From the NCBI GenBank assembly GCA_964057225.1, contig OZ059900.1, positions 23,870,001 through 23,934,000 of the forward strand: a DNA stretch of 64,000 nucleotides, given 5' to 3'. This DNA comes from Auanema rhodensis (lineage: Eukaryota; Animalia; Nematoda). The position numbers were made by a program, and so were the translations under genes. This document shows, one piece after another, positions 54,301 to 64,000 of the stretch. Each line of letters begins with the position of its first letter. Position 1 is the stretch's first letter. The notes under the pieces are model-generated. The model was given only the letters and a program-made list of their open reading frames with translations, made no database searches and was not told where the DNA came from.

Positions 54301-57300
54301 TATTTTATTATGCTGGAAAACCAGTTTTTGGAAATTTCGCTGTAAACAAGGTTTTGACTTACGATTTCATGTGTTCAAACTCATGCAATGTCAATGAAAC
54401 CTAGCTCAAAATTGTTTGTACAACGTCTAGTTCCATTTTCACGACAAAAAAACAGGGGTTAGAAAATTAAGGAAATTAGCATATTCTGAGGGCACGCCCC
54501 TTATGGCTAATATTGATTAAATCGATTTTTGTTCATATGAGTCGTCAAATGCAACGAATTACAGCGTGTTACATACTAAAATGAAGCATTTTACATGCTG
54601 AACACTAGAAAAATACAAAAACACAGTATTTCCCATGAGAAATATTTTATTATGCTGGAAAACCAGTTTTTGGAAATTTCGCTGTAAACAAGGTTTTGAC
54701 TTACGATTTCATGTGTTCAAACTCATGCAATGTCAATGAAACCTAGCTCAAAATTGTTCGTACAACGTCTAGTTCCACTTTCACGACAAAAAAACAGGGG
54801 TTAGAAAATTAAGGAAATTAGCATATTCTGAGGGCACGCCCCTTATGGCTAATATTGATTAAATCGATTTTTGTTCATATGAGTCGTCAAATGCAACGAA
54901 TTTCAGCGTGTTACATACTAAAATGAAGCATTTTACATGCTGAACACTAGAAAAATACAAAAACACAGTATTTCCCATGAGAAATATTTTATTATGCTGG
55001 AAAACCAGTTTTTGGAAATTTCGCTGTAAACAAGGTTTTGACTTACGATTTCATGTGTTCAAACTCATGCAATGTCAATGAAACCTAGCTCAAAATTGTT
55101 CGTACAACGTCTAGTTCCACTTTCACGACAAAAAAACAGGGGTTAGAAAATTAAGGAAATTAGCATATTCTGAGGGCACGCCCCTTATGGCTAATATTGA
55201 TTAAATCGATTTTTGTTCATATGAGTCGTCAAATGCAACGAATTTCTGCATGTTACATACTTAAATGAAGCATTTTACATGCTGAACACTAGAAAAAAAC
55301 AAAAACACAGTATTTCCCATGAGAAATATTTTATTATGCTGGAAAACCAGTTTTTGGAAATTTCGCTGTAAACAAGGTTTTGACTTACGATTTCATGTGT
55401 TCAAACTCATGCAATGTCAATGAAACTTAGCTCAAAATTGTTCGTACAACGTCTAGTTCCACTTTCACGACAAAAAAACAGGGGTTAGAAAATTAAGGAA
55501 ATTAGCATATTCTGAGGGCACGCCCCTTATGGCTAATATTGATTAAATCGATTTTTGTTCATATGAGTCGTCAAATGCAACGAATTTCAGCGTGTTACAT
55601 ACTAAAATGAAGCATTTTACAAGCTGAACACTAGAAAAATACAAAAACACAGTATTTCCCATGAGAAATATTTTATTATGCTGGAAAACCAGTTTTTGGA
55701 AATTTCGCTGTAAACAAGGTTTTGACTTACGATTTCATGTGTTCAAACTCTTGCAATGTCAATGAAACCTAGCTCAAAATTGTTCGTACAACGTCTAGTT
55801 CCACTTTCACGACAAAAAAACAGGGGTTAGAAAATTAAGGAAATTAGCATATTCTGAGGGCACGCCCCTTATGGCTAATATTGATTAAATCGATTTTTGT
55901 TCATATGAGTCGTCAAATGCAACGAATTTCAGCGTGTTACATACTAAAATGAAGCATTTTACATGCTGAACACTAGAAAAAAACAAAAACACAGTATTTC
56001 CCATGAGAAATATTTTATTATGCTGGAAAACCAGTTTTTGGAAATTTCGCTGTAAACAAGGTTTTGACTTACGATTTCATGTGTTCAAACTCATGCAATG
56101 TCAATGAAACTTAGCTCAAAATTGTTCGTACAACGTCTAGTTCCACTTTCACGACAAAAAAACAGGGGTTAGAAAATTAAGGAAATTAGCATATTCTGAG
56201 GGCACGCCCCTTATGGCTAATATTGATTAAATCGATTTTTGTTCATATGAGTCGTCAAATCCAACGAATTTCAGCGTGTTACATACTTAAATGAAGCATT
56301 TTACATGCTGAACACTAGAAAAATACAAAAACACAGTATTTCCCATGAGAAATATTTTATTATGCTGGAAAACCAGTTTTTGGAAATTTCGCTGTAAACA
56401 AGGTTTTGACTTACGATTTCATGTGTTCAAACTCATGCAATGTCAATGAAACCTAGCTCAAAATTGTTCGTACAACGTCTAGTTCCACTTTCACGACAAA
56501 AAAACAGGGGTTAGAAAATTAAGGAAATAAGCATATTCTGAGGGCACGCCCCTTATGGCTAATATTGATTAAATCGATTTTTGTTCATATGAGTCGTCAA
56601 ATGCAACGAATTTCAGCGTGTTACATACTAAAATGAAGCATTTTACATGCTGAACACTAGAACAATACAAAAACACAGTATTTCCCATGAGAAATATTTT
56701 ATTATGCTGGAAAACCAGTTTTTGGAAATTTCGATGTAAACAAGGTTTTGACTTACGATTTCATGTGTTCAAACTCATGCAATGTCAATGAAACCTAGCT
56801 TAAAATTGTTCGTACAACGTCTAGTTCCACTTTCACGACAAAAAAACAGGGGTTAGAAAATTAAGGAAATTAGCATATTCTGAGGGCACGCCCCTTATGG
56901 CTAATATTGATTAAATCGATTTTTGTTCATATGAGTCGTCAAATGCAACGAATTTCAGCGTGTTACATACTAAAATGAAGCATTTTACAAGCTGAACACT
57001 AGAAAAATACAAAAACACAGTATTTCCCATGAGAAATATTTTATTATGCTGGAAAACCAGTTTTTGGAAATTTCGCTGTAAACAAGGTTTTGACTTACGA
57101 TTTCATGTGTTCAAACTCATGCAATGTCAATGAAACCTAGCTTAAAATTGTTCGTACAACGTCTAGTTCCACTTTCACGACAAAAAAACAGGGGTTAGAA
57201 AATTAAGGAAATTAGCATATTCTGAGGGCACGCCCCTTATGGCTAATATTGATTAAATCGATTTTTGTTCATATGAGTCGTCAAATGCAACGAATTTCAG

Positions 57301-60300
57301 CGTGTTACATACTAAAATGAAGCATTTTACAAGCTGAACACTAGAAAAATACAAAAACACAGTATTTCCCATGAGAAATATTTTATTATGCTGGAAAACC
57401 AGTTTTTGGAAATTTCGCTGTAAACAAGGTTTTGACTTACGATTTCATGTGTTCAAACTCATGCAATGTCAATGAAACCTAGCTCAAAATTGTTTGTACA
57501 ACGTCTAGTTCCACTTTCACGACAAAAAAACAGGGGTTAGAAAATTAAGGAAATTAGCATATTCTGAGGGCACGCCCCTTATGGCTAATATTGATTAAAT
57601 CGATTTTTGTTCATATGAGTCGTCAAATGCAACGAATTTCAGCGTGTTACATACTAAAATGAAGCATTTTACATGCTGAACACTAGAAAAATACAAAAAC
57701 ACAGTATTTCCCATGAGAAATATTTTATTATGCTGGAAAACCAGTTTTTGGAAATTTCGCTGTAAACAAGGTTTTGACTTACGATTTCATGTGTTCAAAC
57801 TCATGCAATGTCAATGAAACTTAGCTCAAAATTGTTCGTACAACGTCTAGTTCCACTTTCACGACAAAAAAAACAGGGGTTAGAAAATTAAGGAAATTAG
57901 CATATTCTGAGGGCACGCCCCTTATGGCTAATATTGATTAAATCGATTTTTGTTCATATGAGTCGTCAAATGCAACAAATTTCAGCGTGTTACATACTAA
58001 AATGAAGCATTTTACATGCTGAACACTAGAAAAATACAAAAACACAGTATTTCCCATGAGAAATATTTTATTATGCTGGAAAACCAGTTCTTGGAAATTT
58101 CGCTGTAAACAAGGTTTTGACTTACTTTTTCTTGTGTTCAAACTCATGCAATGTCAATGAAACCTAGCTCAAAATTGTTCGTACAACGTCTAGTTCCACT
58201 TTCACGACAAAAAAACAGGGGTTAGAAAATTAAGGAAATTAGCATATTCTGAGGGCACGCCCCTTATGGCTAATATTGATTAAATCGATTTTTGTTCATA
58301 TGAGTCGTCAAATGCAACGAATTTCAGCGTGTTACATACTAAAATGAAGCATTTTACAAGCTGAACACTAGAAAAATACAAAAACACAGTATTTCCCATG
58401 AGAAATATTTTATTATGCTGGAAAACCAGTTTTTGGAAATTTCGCTGTAAACAAGGTTTTGACTTACGATTTCATGTGTTCAAACTCATGCAATGTCAAT
58501 GAAACCTAGCTTAAAATTGTTCGTACAACGTCTAGTTCCACTTTCACGACAAAAAAACAGGGGTTAGAAAATTAAGGAAATTAGCATATTCTGAGGGCAC
58601 GCCCCTTATGGCTAATATTGATTAAATCGATTTTTGTTCATATGAGTCGTCAAATGCAACGAATTTCAGCGTGTTACATACTAAAATGAAGCATTTTACA
58701 TGCTGAACACTAGAAAAATACAAAAACACAGTATTTCTCATGAGAAATATTTTATTATGCTGGAAAACCAGTTTTTGGAAATTTCGCTGTAAACAAGGTT
58801 TTGACTTACGATTTCATGTGTTCAAACTCATGCAATGTCAATGAAACCTAGCTCAAAATTGTTCGTACAACGTCTAGTTCCACTTTCACGACAAAAAAAC
58901 AGGGGTTAGAAAATTAAGGAAATTAGCATATTCTGAGGGCACGCCCCTTATGGCTAATATTGATTAAATCGATTTTTGTTCATATGAGTCGTCAAATGCA
59001 ACGAATTTCAGCGTGTTACATACTAAAATGAAGCATTTTACATGCTGAACACTAGAAAAATACAAAAACACAGTATTTCTCATGAGAAATATTTTATTAT
59101 GCTGGAAAACCAGTTTTTGGAAATTTCGCTGTAAACAAGGTTTTGACTTACGATTTCATGTGTTCAAACTCATGCAATGTCAATGAAACCTAGCTCAAAA
59201 TTGTTCGTACAACGTCTAGTTCCACTTTCACGACAAAAAAACAAGGGTTAGAAAATTAAGGAAATTAGCATATTCTGAGGGCACGCCCCTTATGGCTAAT
59301 ATTGATTAAATCGATTTTTGTTCATATGAGTCGTCAAATGCAACGAATTTCAGCGTGTTACATACTAAAATGAACCATTTTACATGCTGAACACTAGAAA
59401 AATACAAAAACACAGTATTTCCCATGAGAAATATTTTATTATGCTGGAAAACCAGTTTTTGGAAATTTCGCTGTAAACAAGGTTTTGACTTACGATTTCA
59501 TGTGTTCAAACTCATGCAATGTCAATGAAACCTAGCTCAAAATTGTTCGTACAACGTCTAGTTCCACTTTCACGACAAAAAAACAAGGGTTAGAAAATTA
59601 AGGAAATTAGCATATTCTGAGGGCACGCCCCTTATGGCTAATATTGATTAAATCGATTTTTGTTCATATGAGTCGTCAAATGCAACGAATTTCAGCGTGT
59701 TACATACTAAAATGAAGCATTTTACATGCTGAACACTAGAAAAATACAAAAACACAGTATTTCCCATGAGAAATATTTTATTATGCTGGAAAACCAGTTT
59801 TTGGAAATTTCGCTGTAAACAAGGTTTTGACTTACGATTTCATGTGTTCAAACTCATGCAATGTCAATGAAACCTAGCTCAAAATTGTTCGTACAACGTC
59901 TAGTTCCACTTTCACGACAAAAAAACAGGGGTTAGAAAATTAAGGAAATTAGCATATTCTGAGGGCACGCCCCTTATGGCTAATATTGATTAAATCGATT
60001 TTTGTTCATATGAGTCGTCAAATGCAACGAATTTCAGCGTGTTACATACTAAAATGAAGCATTTTACAAGCTGAACACTAGAAAAATACAAAAACACAGT
60101 ATTTCCCATGAGAAATATTTTATTATGCTGGAAAACCAGTTTTTGGAAATTTCGCTGTAAACAAGGTTTTGACTTACGATTTCATGTGTTCAAACTCATG
60201 CAATGTCAATGAAACCTAGCTTAAAATTGTTCGTACAACGTCTAGTTCCACTTTCACGACAAAAAAACAGGGGTTAGAAAATTAAGGAAATTAGCATATT

Positions 60301-63300
60301 CTGAGGGCACGCCCCTTATGGCTAATATTGATTAAATCGATTTTTGTTCATATGAGTCGTCAAATGCAACGAATTTCAGCGTGTTACATACTAAAATGAA
60401 GCATTTTACATGCTGAACACTAGAAAAATACAAAAACACAGTATTTCTCATGAGAAATATTTTATTATGCTGGAAAACCAGTTTTTGGAAATTTCGCTGT
60501 AAACAAGGTTTTGACTTACGATTTCATGTGTTCAAACTCATGCAATGTCAATGAAACCTAGCTCAAAATTGTTCGTACAACGTCTAGTTCCACTTTCACG
60601 ACAAAAAAAACAGGGGTTAGAAAATTAAGGAAATTAGCATATTCTGAGGGCACGCCCCTTATGGCTAATATTGATTAAATCGATTTTTGTTCATATGAGT
60701 CGTCAAATGCAACAAATTTCAGCGTGTTACATACTAAAATGAAGCATTTTACATGCTGAACACTAGAAAAATACAAAAACACAGTATTTCCCATGAGAAA
60801 TATTTTATTATGCTGGAAAACCAGTTTTTGGAAATTTCGCTGTAAACAAGGTTTTGACTTACTTTTTCTTGTGTTCAAACTCATGCAATGTCAATGAAAC
60901 CTAGCTCAAAATTGTTCGTACAACGTCTAGTTCCACTTTCACGACAAAAAAACAGGGGTTAGAAAATTAAGGAAATTAGCATATTCTGAGGGCACGCCCC
61001 TTATGGCTAATATTGATTAAATCGATTTTTGTTCATATGAGTCGTCAAATGCAACGAATTTCAGCGTGTTACATACTAAAATGAAGCATTTTACATGCTG
61101 AACACTAGAAAAATACAAAAACACAGTATTTCCCATGAGAAATATTTTATTATGCTGGAAAACCAGTTTTTGGAAATTTCGCTGTAAACAAGGTTTTGAC
61201 TTACGATTTCATGTGTTCAAACTCATGCAATGTCAATGAAACCTAGCTCAAAATTGTTCGTACAACGTCTAGTTCCACTTTCACGACAAAAAAACAGGGG
61301 TTAGAAAATTAAGGAAATTAGCATATTCTGAGGGCACGCCCCTTATGGCTAATATTGATTAAATCGATTTTTGTTCATATGAGTCGTCAAATGCAACGAA
61401 TTTCAGCGTGTTACATACTAAAATGAAGCATTTTACATGCTGAACACTAGAAAAAAACAAAAACACAGTATTTCCCATGAGAAATAGTTTATTATGCTGG
61501 AAAACCAGTTTTTGGAAATTTCGCTGTAAACAAGGTTTTGACTTACGATTTCATGTGTTCAAACTCATGCAATGTCAATGAAACCTAGCTCAAAATTGTT
61601 CGTACAACGTCTAGTTCTACTTTCACGACAAAAAAACAGGGGTTAGAAAATTAAGGAAGTTAGCATATTCTGAGGGCACGCCCCTTATGGCTAATATTGA
61701 TTAAATCGATTTTTGTTCATATGAGTCGTCAAATGCAACGAATTTCAGCGTGTTACATACTAAAATGAAGCATTTTACATGCTGAACACTAGAAAAATAC
61801 AAAAACACAGTATTTCCCATGAGAAATATTTTATTATGCTGGAAAACCAGTTTTTGGAAATTTCGCTGTAAACAAGGTTTTGACTTACGATTTCATGTGT
61901 TCAAACTCATGCAATGTCAATGAAACCTAGCTCAAAATTGTTCGTACAACGTCTAGTTCCACTTTGACGACAAAAAAACAAGGGTTAGAAAATTAAGGAA
62001 ATTAGCATATTCTGAGGGCACGCCCCTTATGGCTAATATTGATTAAATCGATTTTTGTTCATATGAGTCGTCAAATGCAACGAATTTCTGCATGTTACAT
62101 ACTAAAATGAAGCATTTTACATGCTGAACACTAGAAAAAAACAAAAACACAGTATTTCCCATGAGAAATATTTTATTATGCTGGAAAACCAGTTTTTGGA
62201 AATTTCGCTGTAAACAAGGTTTTGACTTACGATTTCATGTGTTCAAACTCATGCAATGTCAATGAAACTTAGCTCAAAATTGTTCGTACAACGTCTAGTT
62301 CCACTTTCACGACAAAAAAACAGGGGTTAGAAAATTAAGGAAATTAGCATATTCTGAGGGCACGCCCCTTATGGCTAATATTGATTAAATCGATTTTTGT
62401 TCATATGAGTCGTCAAATGCAACGAATTTCAGCGTGTTACATACTAAAATGAAGCATTTTACATGCTGAACACTAGAAAAATACAAAAACACAGTATTTC
62501 CCATGAGAAATATTTTATTATGCTGGAAAACCAGTTTTTGGAAATTTCGCTGTAAACAAGGTTTTGACTTACGATTTCATGTGTTCAAACTCATGCAATG
62601 TCAATGAAACCTAGCTCAAAATTGTTTGTACAACGTCTAGTTCCACTTTCACGACAAAAAAACAGGGGTTAGAAAATTAAGGAAATTAGCATATTCTGAG
62701 GGCACGCCCCTTATGGCTAATATTGATTAAATCGATTTTTGTTCATATGAGTCGTCAAATGCAACGAATTTCAGCGTGTTACATACTAAAATGAAGCATT
62801 TTACATGCTGAACACTAGAAAAATACAAAAACACAGTATTTCCCATGAGAAATATTTTATTATGCTGGAAAACCAGTTTTTGGAAATTTCGCTGTAAACA
62901 AGGTTTTGACTTACGATTTCATGTGTTCAAACTCATGCAATGTCAATGAAACTTAGCTCAAAATTGTTCGTACAACGTCTAGTTCCACTTTCACGACAAA
63001 AAAACAAGGGTTAGAAAATTAAGGAAATTAGCATATTCTGAGGGCACGCCCCTTATGGCTAATATTGATTAAATCGATTTTTGTTCATATGAGTCGTCAA
63101 ATGCAACGAATTTCAGCGTGTTACATACTAAACTGAAGCATTTTACATGCTGAACACTAGAAAAATACAAAAACACAGTATTTCCCATGAGAAATATTTT
63201 ATTATGCTGGAGAACCAGTTTTTGGAAATTTCGCTGTAAACAAGGTTTTGACTTACGATTTCATGTGTTCAAACTCATGCAATGTCAATGAAACCTAGCT

Positions 63301-64000
63301 CAAAATTGTTCGTACAACGTCTAGTTCCACTTTCACGACAAAAAAACAGGGGTTAGAAAATTAAGGAAATTAGCATATTCTGAGGGCACGCCCCTTATGG
63401 CTAATATTGATTAAATCGATTTTTGTTCATATGAGTCGTCAAATGCAACGAATTTTAGCGTGTTACATACTCAAATGAAGCATTTTACATGCTGAACACT
63501 AGAAAAATACAAAAACACAGTATTTCCCATGAGAAATATTTTATTATGCTGGAAAACCAGTTTTTGGAAATTTCGCTGTAAACAAGGTTTGACTTACGAT
63601 TTCATGTGTTCAAACTCATGCAATGTCAATGAAACCTAGCTCAAAATTGTTCGTACAACGTCTAGTTCCACTTTCACGACAAAAAAACAGGGGTTAGAAA
63701 ATTAAGGAAATTAGCATATTCTGAGGGCACGCCCCTTATTGCTAATATTGATTAAATCGATTTTTGTTCATATGAGTCGTCAAATGCAACGAATTTCAGC
63801 GTGTTACATACTAAAATGAAGCATTTTACATGCTGAACACTAGAAAAATACAAAAACACAGTATTACCCATGAAAAATATTTTATTATGCTGGAAAACCA
63901 GTTTTTGGAAATTTCGCTGTAAACAAGGTTTTGACTTACGATTTCATGTGTTCAAACTCATGCAATGTCAATGAAACCTAGCTCAAAATTGTTCGTACAA

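Larger units (their letters stand above)
1..64000 (+). repeat. Tandem satellite DNA array, 342-bp monomer, head-to-tail, about 182 units, running off both window ends
   Basis: The motif ATTAGCATATTCTGAGGGCACGCCCC recurs every 342 bp (e.g. 6652, 6994, 7336, 7678, 8020). Occasional 341/343-bp units come from homopolymer length changes. Monomers differ from consensus by only a few bases each. Consensus GC is 116/342 (about 34%). Confidence 0.99.

Noticed and set aside
8746-60884. Seven 61-69 aa minus-strand ORFs (MSKPCLQRNF.../MSLNT...)
   Set aside because: All are the same frame of the satellite monomer. They pass the length cutoff only when a SNP creates an ATG (GACTTAC>GACATAC) or removes the consensus TGA (ATG AGT TTG AAC ACA TGA). 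There is no recognisable domain and no evidence of coding function.
1-64000. CRISPR array or other repeat-spacer system
   Set aside because: No unique spacers: the entire 342 bp is repeated, and no cas genes are present.
1-64000. 5S rRNA, tRNA or snRNA tandem gene cluster
   Set aside because: No recognisable 5S, tRNA cloverleaf, Pol III A/B box or spliced-leader motifs by eye. An Rfam/Infernal scan of a dimer would settle it.

Overview
The whole 64 kb window is one AT-rich (about 66% AT, hand-counted on the consensus), highly homogeneous tandem satellite DNA array with a 342-bp monomer, about 182 units in all. Consensus numbering (c1-c342) starts at ATTAGCATATTCTGAGGGCACGCCCC. I found no credible genes, RNA genes, transposons or CRISPR arrays. 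The seven listed ORFs are one latent reading frame in the monomer, opened by point variants. The interesting content is the array's internal architecture. (1) Five copies of a 487-bp rearranged unit carry an 11-bp templated insert and a 245-bp inversion with microhomology-like junctions. (2) Eight copies of a 491-bp unit carry a 149-bp internal duplication joined at TTATG. (3) There is one 238-bp deletion monomer. (4) Successive local higher-order-repeat (HOR) domains and long-range (about 10-25 kb) block duplications can be traced with diagnostic SNPs. All amplified structural variants lie in the first 17 kb. The monomer is rich in dyad symmetry and about two nucleosome repeats long, consistent with a eukaryotic (peri)centromeric satellite, though not proof of one. 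I cannot identify the organism or satellite family from the sequence alone.
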